A stretch of 64,000 nt of DNA, from NCBI GenBank assembly GCA_965224245.1, contig OZ245046.1:2464001-2528000 (forward strand), read 5' to 3'. The notes under the pieces are model-generated. The model did not search any database. It was not told where the DNA came from and was given only the letters and a program-made list of their open reading frames with translations. This DNA is from Candidatus Eiseniibacteriota bacterium. GTDB taxonomy: Bacteria; Eisenbacteria; RBG-16-71-46; CAZAMP01. Below, piece by piece: positions 18,086-28,425 of this stretch. How positions within the stretch are numbered: the first letter of the stretch is position 1; each line of letters opens with the position of its first letter. Both the position numbers and the translations under genes were made by a program.

Positions 18086-20284
18086 TCAGAGCTCGAGCCC
18101 CAGGTAGAACCCGGGCCACACCCGGACCCAGGTGTCCTCCTCCCGCGAGGAGTGCCACGTCGGGCCGTCGTACAGGTCGCGCCCGTCGCTCAGCTTCGAC
18201 ACGTAGACGTTCACCGTGCCACCGACGACGACCGACAGGCGATCGAGGATCGGCACCCCCAGTCCGACGCGGGCCTGGTTCAGCATGTGCACCTCGTCGG
18301 GCCAGTCGCTGTTCTCCACGATCGCGTTGGCCAGCACCTCGACGTCGACGAAGTAGCGCCGCGCCGGGATGTGCGCGCCGAGCCCGAGCCCGATGAAGAA
18401 GCGATCGTCGTCGTACACCGACTCCGTCGCCGCCGTGTAGAGCGTGTAGACGTGCCGGCTCCCGAGCTTGACGGCCACCCCGGCCTCCGAGACGTCGCTG
18501 GCCCAGAGTCCGACGCGATGGTGACCGTTCTTGACCACGCTCAGGAGCCCGATCGCGGCCCCGTCCACGTCCTCGGCCACGTTCACCACGCCCACCATCG
18601 CGCCCTCGACCCGGCGACCCACGTTCACCACCGAGAACTGGGCGCCGCGCAGGTCGCCGACGACGTTCACCGCTCCGCTGGCCTGAACTCCCTCGAACGT
18701 GACCGCATGGTTCGCCACCCCGGCGAGCTGGGCGCCGCGCGCGTGCGTGGCCTCGTTGGCCACGCCGGCCGCCTGCACGCCGTCGAAGGGCCCGATGGCC
18801 ACGTTGGCCACCCCGGCTCCCTGCATCCCGCGGATCTGACGGTCCCTGGCCAGATTGAAGACGCCGGCGAACTGCACGCCGAGCGTGCGATCGGCGTACC
18901 GGCCACCGTCGAGGTGTCCGCCCGACTCGCCGAGCGAGACGTTTCCGATGCCGGCGAGCTGGGCCCCGATGAGCCCACCCCGGGCGACGTTTCCGAGGCC
19001 GGCGTACTGGACGCCCTCGACGTCCCCGTGGTCGTAGCTGCCGAGCCAGCCGAGTTCGAAGCCGCGCACCCCGCCGTGCTCACCGACGAGATTCAGCGCG
19101 ATCCGGTTCACCGTCCGCTTCGCGTCGGGTCCGGCGGTGCTCACGCCCGGCCACAGCCCCACCGAGAACGTGACCTCCGGATGCGGGGCGCCGGACACGT
19201 CCGGTAGCGGCCCGCCACGCGCGACCGCCGCCTCGACGTCCAGCTCCGAGAGCTGCATCATGGTCAGTGTGGTCGCCTCGTGTGCGTCCACGTGCAGGCG
19301 GCCGCCGTAGTAGTCGCCCTCGCGGCTCACCACGACGCGATAGTCCCCGGGCTCGAGCCCCAGCTCGACCGTGCGACCGGGCATCTTCTGGAGCGCGACC
19401 ACGAGCGCATCGTTCCGATCCCGCACGTGTATGCGGCCGGCCAGGTCGGTTCCGAGCTGAAGCCCGGCCGTGGTGCCACGGATGTCGGTCATCACGAGAT
19501 CACCCGCCCCCACGAGCTGGATGTCGTACGCGGGATGCTGGGCCCCGCCCTGTGTGGCCTCGGTCCGGGCCAGCGTCTCGTCGAACGCGAACTGATACGC
19601 CTCGTTCAGCGTGACGCGTCCGTCACCCGACGCGTCGGCGGCGCCGCGCAGACCCGACACCAGCGCGTTGGTGAAGAACGAGCCGCCGATCCGGTCCGAT
19701 TCCTGGGCCGCCTCGTCCTCGGAGCTGGATGTCAGGAACGCGTGCCCCTCCATCCGCCTCGACGTGTCCACGAGAAACGGGGGCTTCGGCGTGCCGCCCT
19801 TCAGGCGCGTCAGGACCCCGGACGCGCAGCTGTCGAGAATCACCACGCGCACGTCCGCGGGAAGACGGTCGATCGCGGCTCGGAGCTCCTGGTACTCGTA
19901 GCGCGACTCGCCGATCAGGAGGCCGCGCTCGTCGGAGTGACCGGAGTAGTAGACGAAGACCTCCACGCGTCCCGGTCGCGGGCTCAGCGCGTGAATCCTC
20001 GCCTCGAGCTCGGAGAGCGCGGACACGAACGCGTCGTGATCCGGGTCCACGAGAACGATCCGGTCCTCGTCCCGCACGCCGCCGAGCGTCTGGAACACCG
20101 ACGCCACCGAGCCGGCGTCGTGCGCGGCGTAGCGCAGGCGCACGCGATCGGACCCACCGTCGTTGACCCCCATCGAGATCATGAACCGCCGGACCGCGAA
20201 TGCGTCGTCCGCCTGAGCATCGGCCGCGGCCGGGATCGAGGCGATCAGTCCGGCCAGGACGGCGATCGACGCCGTGTTCATCAC
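18086..20284 (-). CDS. Exported caspase-like (peptidase C14) protein with GxQxAG repeats and a C-terminal beta-barrel
   Basis: Signal peptide; catalytic VYYSGHS and ILDSCASG; AAQESDRIGGSFFT; multiple GVQ.AG..N repeats. Confidence 0.9.
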   Translation of the reverse strand: MMNTASIAVLAGLIASIPAAADAQADDAFAVRRFMISMGVNDGGSDRVRLRYAAHDAGSVASVFQTLGGVRDEDRIVLVDPDHDAFVSALSELEARIHALSPRPGRVEVFVYYSGHSDERGLLIGESRYEYQELRAAIDRLPADVRVVILDSCASGVLTRLKGGTPKPPFLVDTSRRMEGHAFLTSSSEDEAAQESDRIGGSFFTNALVSGLRGAADASGDGRVTLNEAYQFAFDETLARTEATQGGAQHPAYDIQLVGAGDLVMTDIRGTTAGLQLGTDLAGRIHVRDRNDALVVALQKMPGRTVELGLEPGDYRVVVSREGDYYGGRLHVDAHEATTLTMMQLSELDVEAAVARGGPLPDVSGAPHPEVTFSVGLWPGVSTAGPDAKRTVNRIALNLVGEHGGVRGFELGWLGSYDHGDVEGVQYAGLGNVARGGLIGAQLAGIGNVSLGESGGHLDGGRYADRTLGVQFAGVFNLARDRQIRGMQGAGVANVAIGPFDGVQAAGVANEATHARGAQLAGVANHAVTFEGVQASGAVNVVGDLRGAQFSVVNVGRRVEGAMVGVVNVAEDVDGAAIGLLSVVKNGHHRVGLWASDVSEAGVAVKLGSRHVYTLYTAATESVYDDDRFFIGLGLGAHIPARRYFVDVEVLANAIVENSDWPDEVHMLNQARVGLGVPILDRLSVVVGGTVNVYVSKLSDGRDLYDGPTWHSSREEDTWVRVWPGFYLGLEL

Positions 20285-21123
20285 CGCATTCCTTTGCGAA
20301 GGATCGTCGAGAACTGATCGTACCCGTCCGGCAGCTCGAGCGCCCCCTGCTCCCGCCGGCCGGGATCGCCCGCGAGAAGCCGGGCCGCCGCCTCGACGGT
20401 CGCCACCGACACGGGCTCGGCGCCGGTGACCAGGAAGAACCGCTCGAACGCCGGCGCGGCGTCGAGCTCGTAGGCATGGGGAATGGGCACCTCACCGTCG
20501 TGCGCCAGCTCGGTCGAGCCCGACGGATCCTCCGGGAAGTGCCGTGTCACGACGCCCGCGCCGTCGATCGAGACCACGACGCCGAACGCATCGTATCCGG
20601 CCACGACCGACAGCTGGAGCACGTCACCGGCGGTCACGGTGGCGCCGTCGGCGAGCCGTTCCGCCTCGTCTCCGGCCCGCCGGTAGACGTTGAGGTGCGG
20701 CGCGAGTCCCTTGGTCCGGATCTCGCCCGAGCCCGGCCCCCGCGGGTCGTCCCCGGGAACCGGTCCCGGCGGCAACAGCAGCATCGCCGCCACCGCCGCC
20801 GCGGCGAGGACGGGAACGCCGAGGAGCCACGATCGGCGACGCGACGGCGTCCGGGTCGTTCGGAGGTCGGGCGGCCGGTCGCGATCGGTCGCGCGAGAGT
20901 TGCGCTCCAGCCGATCGCGGACGCTCCGGGCGAACCGCTCCGGTGGGTGGACGGCCAGGATCTCCGCGTCCGAGCGACGGATCGCGTCCAGGCGCGCCGC
21001 CAGCTCCGCGTCCCCGGCCAGCCGGTGCTCGATGGCCGCCATCGCGTCCGGATCGAGCTCGCCGAGCGCGAACTGCTCGAGCAGAACGTCGGAGATCGGC
21101 GTGGCCTGTTCACGGGAGTTCAT
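20281..21123 (-). CDS. Membrane-anchored anti-sigma factor (ActD-like, DUF4384-like periplasmic domain)
   Basis: LLEQFALGEL N-terminus, one transmembrane helix, IRTKG motif, AYELDAAPAFERFFLV; coupled to the ECF sigma gene. Confidence 0.8.
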   Translation of the reverse strand: MNSREQATPISDVLLEQFALGELDPDAMAAIEHRLAGDAELAARLDAIRRSDAEILAVHPPERFARSVRDRLERNSRATDRDRPPDLRTTRTPSRRRSWLLGVPVLAAAAVAAMLLLPPGPVPGDDPRGPGSGEIRTKGLAPHLNVYRRAGDEAERLADGATVTAGDVLQLSVVAGYDAFGVVVSIDGAGVVTRHFPEDPSGSTELAHDGEVPIPHAYELDAAPAFERFFLVTGAEPVSVATVEAAARLLAGDPGRREQGALELPDGYDQFSTILRKGMR

Positions 21124-21599
21124 GCGTCCTCCAGCGCGCGGGCGCGCACCCGGAGTCCCCGGAGCCGCTTGCGTACCCCGGAGACCGAGAGCCCGACCTC
21201 GCGCGCGGTCTGTTCCAGCGTGAGGCCGTCGACGTAGTGCAGCACCGCCATCACGCGCGTCGACGGACGTTCGTGCTCGAAGAGCCGGGCGATGCCGAGG
21301 CGTGCGAGGAGGCTCGCCTCGCCGTCGTCGCGACCGGCGATCTCGGAGAGGAGCTCGGACTCGGCGTCCTCGGGTCTCGACCGACGAGACCGGAGGACGT
21401 TCAGGCACACCCGGGTCGCCATTCGCATCAGAAGTCCGGCCGGTCTCTCGTCGGCCAGCTCGTCCTGCTTGCGCACGAGCCGCACGAAGACGTCCTGCGC
21501 CGCGTCCATCGCGAGATCCTCATCCTTCAGCAATCGCCGGCATCGGCGGACCACCATCGGTCCGTACCGGCGGTACATCGCTTCGACGTCGATCGGCAC
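21120..21599 (-). CDS. ECF RNA polymerase sigma factor
   Basis: YRRYGPMV...DAAQDVFVRL (region 2); LHYVDGLTLEQTAREVGLS (region 4). Confidence 0.92.
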   Translation of the reverse strand: MPIDVEAMYRRYGPMVVRRCRRLLKDEDLAMDAAQDVFVRLVRKQDELADERPAGLLMRMATRVCLNVLRSRRSRPEDAESELLSEIAGRDDGEASLLARLGIARLFEHERPSTRVMAVLHYVDGLTLEQTAREVGLSVSGVRKRLRGLRVRARALEDA

Positions 21600-21872
21600 G
21601 TGCGGCTCCTCCCGACTTCATCAAGAACAACACGAGAACCGACCGGATGTGTTACCTCGGATCGCGGGAATCTCCACTCCACGTCCCCCGGCGCCACGCG
21701 ACGCACCACCGGCGGGTATCGAACGACGGTGGCATCGGTTCGAACATGGATCGAGAACCGCTCCCGGTGACGCGCCGTACGGCGGCGGATGGACCGCGCG
21801 GGTGCGAGAACGCCGGCGCGGCGCTAGAATGGTGGGTTGCGCCGACCCGATCCGCCGCCGAGGAGGCTTCCC

Positions 21873-23168
21873 ATGCGTCGATCCAGCGCCACGCGGCTCA
21901 CCGTCGCTCTCGTCTCTCTGGCCCTCGCGACCGGCGCGGCGGCCACGACCTGGTACGTGCCCGGCGATGCGAACACCATCCAGGGCGGCATCGACCTGTC
22001 CACCGACGGCGACACGGTTCGGGTCGCTTGCGGCACGTACGTCGAGCACGACCTCGCCATCACGCAGGGCGTGGTCCTGATCAGCGAGACCGGAGACCCG
22101 GGCTGCGTCACGGTCGACGCGGATGGACGGGGGCGCGTGCTGAGCATGGAGCTCGCGACCGGTGCGCCGCGCATCGAGGGGCTCACGTTAACCGGCGGCG
22201 TGACCGAGGCCATCGACGACGTGCCGGGCTGGGGCGGTGGGATCCTCTGCCTCGGAACCGCGGCCTCGATCACGCGCTGTGTCTTCGACGGCAACCAGGC
22301 CTACGGCGGCGGCGGCCTCGCCGCCGTCGGACACGCCGCGCCGACCATCAGTGCGTGTACGTTCACCGGCAACGCCGCGCACGATGGTGGAGGCCTCCTC
22401 TGTCTGGTGGGCACGCACGTCGTGACGGACTGCACGTTCACCGGCAACGCCGCCGACTCGCTCGGTGGCGCGGTGCACGCGGTGCTCGGGGTCGTCGACG
22501 TCGCGGGCTCGACGTTCCACGGCAACGCGGCGCCGTTCGGTGGCGGCGTGGCATCGGGGGTGTTCGAGTCGGTGTTCGAGATGAACCGATCGATCCTGTC
22601 GTTCAGCACCGCGGGCGATGCGGTCAGCTGCGACGAGCAGTCGCACGCCGCGCTCGCGTGCTCGGACGTGTTCGGCAACGCGGGCGGTGACTTCGTCGGA
22701 TGCCTCGCCGGCCAGGACGGCACGTCGGGCAACTTCTCGGCCGATCCGCTGTTCTGCGACGCGGCGAGCGGCGACGTTCGGCTGGCGCCGACCTCACCGT
22801 GTCTGCCGGGCCAGCATCCCGACGGCGCCGCCTGCGAGCAGATCGGCGCCCACGGCGCCTGTGACGTGCTGGCCGCGGGGGAAGCGCCCGCGACCTCGGC
22901 ACGGCCGTCGCTTCACGCGCACCCCAACCCGGCGCGGGGCGCGATCGTGCTGCGCTACGAGGCGGGGCCCGACCGCGACGCCGTCGTGTCGATCTTCGAT
23001 CTCGCCGGTCGCCGCGTGCGCGCGTTCTCACCGGTGCGCGGCGCGGGGACGATCATCTGGGACGCGACCGATCTCGCGGGTCGCGCGGTGGCCGCCGGCA
23101 CGAGCTACTTCGTGCGCATCCGCACCGGTCACACCGAGCGCACGCTCCGCCTCACGCTCCTGGAGTGA
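21873..23168 (+). CDS. Secreted right-handed beta-helix (FxxN/GGG repeats) protein with FlgD-like C-terminal domain
   Basis: VPGDANTIQGGID start; repeated CTFTGNAA..GGG; GNFSADPLFC; HPNP...FDLAGRRVR...WDATD tail. Confidence 0.88.
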   Translation: MRRSSATRLTVALVSLALATGAAATTWYVPGDANTIQGGIDLSTDGDTVRVACGTYVEHDLAITQGVVLISETGDPGCVTVDADGRGRVLSMELATGAPRIEGLTLTGGVTEAIDDVPGWGGGILCLGTAASITRCVFDGNQAYGGGGLAAVGHAAPTISACTFTGNAAHDGGGLLCLVGTHVVTDCTFTGNAADSLGGAVHAVLGVVDVAGSTFHGNAAPFGGGVASGVFESVFEMNRSILSFSTAGDAVSCDEQSHAALACSDVFGNAGGDFVGCLAGQDGTSGNFSADPLFCDAASGDVRLAPTSPCLPGQHPDGAACEQIGAHGACDVLAAGEAPATSARPSLHAHPNPARGAIVLRYEAGPDRDAVVSIFDLAGRRVRAFSPVRGAGTIIWDATDLAGRAVAAGTSYFVRIRTGHTERTLRLTLLE

Positions 23169-23235
23169 GCGAGCCGGACGAGGCGACCGGCCCGGTCGTT
23201 CGAGGCGAGAGGCGACGCCCGACCGGGGACGGCGA

Positions 23236-24564
23236 TCAGCCGGGGTCGACGGCCACCCCGGGAGCTACGTCGATGGCTCGCAGCCGCTCACCGGCCGCAT
23301 CGAACACCTCGATCACCACCGGCGTGTCCGACGGCACAAAGAGACGCGCCGCCGACTCCCCGTCGGCCTCGGCCCAGTCGAGCGGCACCGCCTCGTCGGG
23401 CTCGCCGTCCACTCGGGCCCGGAGGATGCACGTCCGATCGCGGCACCCGGGGACGTCCACGTCGAGCGCACGACGCCGGCCGCCCAGCGTCATCCAGTCG
23501 GGACGTCCGTTCGTGTACGTGGTCCTCGGCGTGAAGACCTGCAGGTCCACCGCGAAGTCGGCCGGCGCGTACGGCCGGCCGTCAGCCTCCACGAGGACGA
23601 CCGGTCCTCCGTCGAGGAGCCCCGCCGCGAGCGCGGCCCGGTACGCCGGATGCTCGTGCGCGGCGTCGCTTCGCTCGCTGAGCCGCGTCTGATCGACGGT
23701 GACCGGATCGATCCCGGTCATCTCGCGGAGATAGAGCGCCATCGGATACCAGCGCTCGGTCTCGCGCTCGAGGATGTGTGAGAAGCCGGCGTGGACGAGC
23801 ACCCTGGCCTCGGGGTCGGCGTCGAAGATGGCGTGCGCGAGGTTCTCGGCCTGCGCACGATCGCGCCGGGCCTGTGGGGTCAGGTCGTCGTCGGTGTCGG
23901 TCTGATCGGGTCGGCTCTCGTAGGGAACGAGCCGGTAGCCGAGCCGGAGTGCCTCGCGTACGACGGCGGCGAAGACGGGCTCGCCGGTGTACGTGCCGGT
24001 GCCGTCCGTCGGGTACCCGCGCGTGGCCAGCGTGGAGTCGTCGTGGGAGAACGCCTCGGCCGCCAGGTAGCGGTAGCCCTTCTCCTGGAGGATCGGGAGA
24101 AGCTCGAGCGTCAGGAGGCGATCGGACGCCGCGTGATGGCGCTCGTTGATCATGATCACGCGCGCGGTGTCGGCCACGTCGGCGAGGTACTCGATCGCGT
24201 CGATCGCCCGGAGGTCGTCAGGGAGCGTTCCCACCGAGTCCGGTCCGCCCATCAGGGAGTCCCAGGCACGAAGGGCGGCGGCGTGGTGGCCGAGCGCGGC
24301 CTCGGCCTGGGCGAGGATCTGCGTGTACGCACTCTCCCACCGGGTGCCCTCGTAGTCGGATGCGTGAGCGCGGGTGCGCAGCAGCGGTGCCCACCGTGGC
24401 TCGCCGGGCTCGCGTCGCGAGAGGTTCCAGGGCGGCTCGGGCTCGGCGGCGGGCGCGGCGACGGCGGGCTCGGCCGCGGGCTCGGGGTCAAGATCGGACC
24501 GTGCCCACGCCGGAGGCGCGAAGAGGAACGATGCGCCGAGAATCATCGCAAGCGTCGACCGCAT
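23236..24564 (-). CDS. Exported hypothetical protein, probably EreA/ChaN/TIKI superfamily hydrolase
   Basis: Signal peptide; VIMINERHH, YLAAEAF, RDRAQA and LVHAGFSHI resemble the catalytic motifs of this superfamily. Confidence 0.65.
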   Translation of the reverse strand: MRSTLAMILGASFLFAPPAWARSDLDPEPAAEPAVAAPAAEPEPPWNLSRREPGEPRWAPLLRTRAHASDYEGTRWESAYTQILAQAEAALGHHAAALRAWDSLMGGPDSVGTLPDDLRAIDAIEYLADVADTARVIMINERHHAASDRLLTLELLPILQEKGYRYLAAEAFSHDDSTLATRGYPTDGTGTYTGEPVFAAVVREALRLGYRLVPYESRPDQTDTDDDLTPQARRDRAQAENLAHAIFDADPEARVLVHAGFSHILERETERWYPMALYLREMTGIDPVTVDQTRLSERSDAAHEHPAYRAALAAGLLDGGPVVLVEADGRPYAPADFAVDLQVFTPRTTYTNGRPDWMTLGGRRRALDVDVPGCRDRTCILRARVDGEPDEAVPLDWAEADGESAARLFVPSDTPVVIEVFDAAGERLRAIDVAPGVAVDPG

Positions 24565-24704
24565 GATCGGCGCGCTCAGACACGGTCTTTCGGGTGACGG
24601 GTTCGTTCGATCATGGAGGAGATCATACCTCGAACGATCGACACCCGCCGCCGGGTTTTCGAGGTGATGGACCGCGACCCGGAACTCTGGTCGCAGAGTC
24701 CCCA

Positions 24705-25472
24705 CTACATGCCGACGACCACCGAGACGACCGCGTAGTGAAGCCAGGCGAAGTTGTAGACGGAATCGACGTCCGCGCCCCCCTCGAGCGTGCGGTAGCC
24801 ACCGGTGATTCGCCAGCGCTCGCCGACGTCTCGACCCAGCTTCAGCGCGACGTCGAAGGCCCGGCCGGGGCCACCCGCGAGGCCGTCGAAGTCGAAGAGA
24901 AGTCGCCATCGCGGAGCGACCTGCCAGTCGGCTCCGAGATGCAGGAGGGGGACGAAGCCGACGTCGGTGTCCCTGCCGGTCGTGGACCCCTGGACGAGCT
25001 CGACCTTCGCGTCGCGGACCTTGGCCGTGAAGCCCGTCCACAGGCTCAGCGTCTCGCGATCCGTGAGTCGATAGCGGTACGTCAGGCGCCACGAGTTGAA
25101 CTGGTACGTGGCCTCCACCGGTCGGGCGGGCTCGAACATCGCGCCCGCGAAGCGGACCGGTCCGGGAGGCCGGTCGGTCTCTCGTATCGACAACGGTGCG
25201 AGCAGGGCGCGCAGGCTGTGTTTGGCTCCGAGGTTGGCGGTCAGATACAGGCGTCCGGCTGCAAACGGGCCGTTGCCGGTCACGTCGATGAGCGAGAACC
25301 GGGATCCCGTCTCGTCGTTGGGGATCTGAACGTCGTTGCGACTCTGCCAGAGAGCGGCGCCCTCCAGCTCGGCGACCAGGAACGAGTCCTCGAGGGTCGT
25401 CGCCGTCGAGACCGAGCACAGCGCCGGCATCGTCAGCGCCAGCAGAACCGCTCGCGTGATTGCGTCGGGCAC
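24705..25472 (-). CDS. Putative outer-membrane beta-barrel protein
   Basis: Signal peptide; amphipathic strands (YQFNSWRLTYRY, GYRTLEGGADVD). Confidence 0.7.
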   Translation of the reverse strand: MPDAITRAVLLALTMPALCSVSTATTLEDSFLVAELEGAALWQSRNDVQIPNDETGSRFSLIDVTGNGPFAAGRLYLTANLGAKHSLRALLAPLSIRETDRPPGPVRFAGAMFEPARPVEATYQFNSWRLTYRYRLTDRETLSLWTGFTAKVRDAKVELVQGSTTGRDTDVGFVPLLHLGADWQVAPRWRLLFDFDGLAGGPGRAFDVALKLGRDVGERWRITGGYRTLEGGADVDSVYNFAWLHYAVVSVVVGM

Positions 25473-25652
25473 GGAGGTCCTTCCTTTGTCCGTCTCACGC
25501 CGGTCGGGCATGGTTGCGGTCGAGACGAAGCGCCTACCGGTACCTCGCCGTCTGGCGGTCACCCCGGGCACTTCTCTCTGGCGGGGCGTGCGCGGAGAGG
25601 CTAGAGTCCGGCCCGCGTCGGAGGACGCGCTGTACCCGACCACAATCCGATC

Positions 25653-26078
25653 GTGACCGACGTGCTGCTCACTCTCCAGCTGGCGACGACCCTCACGCTG
25701 ACAGGCGTGATCTGGTATGTCCAGCTCGTTCACTACCCGCTGTTCGCCATGGCGGATCGAGCGCGCTTCGCGCAGTTCGAGCGCCGACACTCCAGAGCGA
25801 CCGGCCGGGTGGTCGCGCCGCTGATGATCGTCGAGGCGATCTCGGCGCTCGCGTTCATGCTCACCGCCGATCCCGACCACCGATCTCCGGCGCTCGCAGG
25901 GGCGCTTCTCGTCGCCGCGATCTGGCTGTCCACCTTCCTGCTTCAGGTCCCCTGCCACCGGACGCTCGGCACCGGCTTCGACGCCAACGTACATCGACGA
26001 CTGCTCCGCACGAACTGGATCCGCACCCTGGCCTGGAGCGGGCGGTCCGCGATCCTCCTGTGGATCGCGGCGCGATGA
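25653..26078 (+). CDS. Small integral membrane protein (DUF1772-like)
   Basis: Four hydrophobic segments; GVIWYVQLVHYPLF, QVPCH and NWIRT motifs. Confidence 0.75.
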   Translation: MTDVLLTLQLATTLTLTGVIWYVQLVHYPLFAMADRARFAQFERRHSRATGRVVAPLMIVEAISALAFMLTADPDHRSPALAGALLVAAIWLSTFLLQVPCHRTLGTGFDANVHRRLLRTNWIRTLAWSGRSAILLWIAAR

Positions 26079-26150
26079 CGCGTGCGTCCAGGCTCCGTCA
26101 TAAGGCGTCACGCCGGCGAGCGTGCGCGCCCTGATGGGCGTCCGGGCTCA

Positions 26151-27365
26151 TCACTCGTGGCCACCCGTTCCCGGGGAGGATCCGCTGGCTCCTTCTCGGG
26201 GCAGGCCCAGGCGGAGGACCGCGAGCCCGACGAGGGCCGAGAGGATCGAGCCACCGAACACCCCCAGCCGCGTCGCGACCGCGTAGTCCGCCGGCTGGCC
26301 CTCGAACGCGAGCATCCCGATGAACAGGCTCATCGTGAATCCGATGCCGGTGAGGATGCTGACCCCGAGGAACGCGACCCAGGACACGTTGCCGGGCAGC
26401 CGCCCCAGGCGCGCGAGAACGGCGAGCGCGGCGAAGCCGAATACCCCCACGGCCTTCCCGATGAAGAGCCCGCACGTGATCCCCAGCGTGACCGGCCCCA
26501 GCCACACGTCTCCCCCGATCCCCCGGAAGCTGACCCCGGAGTTCACGAACGCGAAGAGCGGCAGGATCAGGTAGGCCACCCATGGGTGCAGAATGTGCTC
26601 GAGATGCCGGAGCGGCGATTGACCGCCGTCATCCTGCGCGCGCAACGGGATGGCGAACCCGAGCGCGACCCCGGCGAGCGTCGCGTGGACACCGGACTTG
26701 AGCACGCAGATCCAGATGATGCTACCGACGACGAAGTAGGCGCCGAGGTGCGTGACGCGGCATCGGTTCAGGATGAACAGAACGGCGACCCCGGCCGACC
26801 CGAGCCCGAGCGCCAGGGTCGAGAGCTGCTCGGTGTAGAAGAACGCGATGATGAGGATGGCGCCGAGGTCGTCGACGACCGCCACCGCGGTCAGGAAGAC
26901 CTTCAAGGCCAGGGGCACACGGGTTCCCAGAAGAGAGAGGATCCCCAGCGAGAAGGCGATGTCCGTGGCCGCGGGAATGGCCCAGCCGGTGCGCGCAACC
27001 GGATCATTCTGTGCGAACCCCAGGAAGACCGCGGCGGGCACGACGACGCCCCCGAGCGCGGCGATGACGGGGAGGGTGACCTGCCGGCGGTCGGACAGCT
27101 CGCCGTCCAGGATCTCGCGCTTGACCTCCATCGCGACCAGCAGGAAGAAGATCGCCATCAGCCCGTCGTTCACGATGAGCAGGAAGTTCTTCTTCAGCTC
27201 GAGCGCTCCGAGCGTGATCTCGATCGGGATGTCGAGCAGCAGCTGATAGATGCGTGCGAGACCGGGTACGTTCGCAGAGACGAGCGCCGCCGCAGCGGCC
27301 AGGATCAGCAGGATCCCGCTGGCCGACTGGAGTTTCAGAAACCGCTGAAGCATCTGAACGGGCAT
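26151..27365 (-). CDS. nhaA: Na+/H+ antiporter NhaA
   Basis: NDGLMAIFF, EVKRE, GWAIPAATDIAF, VDDLGAI, KSGVHATLAG and GIGFTMSLFI motifs. Confidence 0.97.
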   Translation of the reverse strand: MPVQMLQRFLKLQSASGILLILAAAAALVSANVPGLARIYQLLLDIPIEITLGALELKKNFLLIVNDGLMAIFFLLVAMEVKREILDGELSDRRQVTLPVIAALGGVVVPAAVFLGFAQNDPVARTGWAIPAATDIAFSLGILSLLGTRVPLALKVFLTAVAVVDDLGAILIIAFFYTEQLSTLALGLGSAGVAVLFILNRCRVTHLGAYFVVGSIIWICVLKSGVHATLAGVALGFAIPLRAQDDGGQSPLRHLEHILHPWVAYLILPLFAFVNSGVSFRGIGGDVWLGPVTLGITCGLFIGKAVGVFGFAALAVLARLGRLPGNVSWVAFLGVSILTGIGFTMSLFIGMLAFEGQPADYAVATRLGVFGGSILSALVGLAVLRLGLPREGASGSSPGTGGHE

Positions 27366-27375
27366 GACGGTCTCC

Positions 27376-28287
27376 TCACCCGGCCTCGTGGCCGAACAGC
27401 CGATCCCTGGCCACCTCGAGAAGTAAACGTACGGCCGGATGCTTGACCTTTCGCTCCACGGAGATGGCGTAGAAGCGCTCGCGAAGCTCGGGAAGACGGC
27501 CGACCACCCGTACGCGATACTGCCGCACGATCTCGTCCTCGATGACGCTGGGGCCGATGAAGAGCCCGAGCCCGGCCTGACCGAACACCTTCAAGAGCGC
27601 ACTGTCCTCGAACTCCGCCACGATCCGGGGGCGGAAGCCGGTGCGTTCGCACCACCCGTCGAAGGCGCGCCGCAGCGCCGTGCTGGTGGTCGGCAACAGG
27701 AACGGCGCGCCGTCGAGAGAGTCGGGGAACCTCTCGAGGTGTCGCTCCGCGAGATCGCCGACACCGAAGACCGTCGACTCGCAGCCCCCGATCTCGTGGT
27801 TGAAGGCCCGGATGTTCACGTCGGCGCCGATCGGACCGTCCGACAGCACCAGATCCAGCTCGTGAACCGCCAGCCGCGCCAGGAGCTCGGGCGACTTGCC
27901 CTCGAAGCAGATCAGCTGAGTGGGCTCGGTCGAGGCCAGGGCCGGATCGAGGAGTCGATGGGCCACGAGCTTGGGGACGACGTCCACGACGCCCACGCGG
28001 AAGCGAAGCGGGCTTCCCGCCGGCCGCCCCTTCACCACGTGCCTGAGCTCGCGACCGAGCGCGAAGATCTCGTCCGCGTAGCGGTAGACCAGACGACCGG
28101 TCTCGGTCAGCACGAGCTTCCGGCCGGAGCGAGAGAAGAGCCTCGCCTCCAGATCGGCCTCGAGACGTCTTATCTGGGCGGAGATCGTGGGCTGGGCCAG
28201 CTGCAGCTTCTCACCGGCAGCGACGATGGTCCCCTCCCTGGCCACGGTCCAGAAGTACAAGAGATGATGGTAGTTGAGCCATTCCAT
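27376..28287 (-). CDS. nhaR: LysR-family activator NhaR
   Basis: MEWLNYHHLLYFW...QPTISAQI; EFEDSALLKVFG; ERKVKHPAV; directly upstream of nhaA. Confidence 0.95.
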   Translation of the reverse strand: MEWLNYHHLLYFWTVAREGTIVAAGEKLQLAQPTISAQIRRLEADLEARLFSRSGRKLVLTETGRLVYRYADEIFALGRELRHVVKGRPAGSPLRFRVGVVDVVPKLVAHRLLDPALASTEPTQLICFEGKSPELLARLAVHELDLVLSDGPIGADVNIRAFNHEIGGCESTVFGVGDLAERHLERFPDSLDGAPFLLPTTSTALRRAFDGWCERTGFRPRIVAEFEDSALLKVFGQAGLGLFIGPSVIEDEIVRQYRVRVVGRLPELRERFYAISVERKVKHPAVRLLLEVARDRLFGHEAG

Positions 28288-28300
28288 GATCAGAAACGTT

Positions 28301-28360
28301 ACATCGGCTGAGACGATGGTTCAACATTTTATTTTCTATTTTTCTAATTCTCGATTCATC
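28301..28360. promoter_or_regulatory. LysR-type operator in the divergent nhaR/HPF promoter region
   Basis: Palindrome CATCG-N7-CGATG (28302-28318; T-N11-A) followed by a strongly AT-rich tract. Confidence 0.65.
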
Positions 28361-28425
28361 CCGATACTCCCCGTGCGTGGCAGGAGTCACGCGGTGCCCG
28401 ACTACCCGTGCAAGGAGATGACCCG

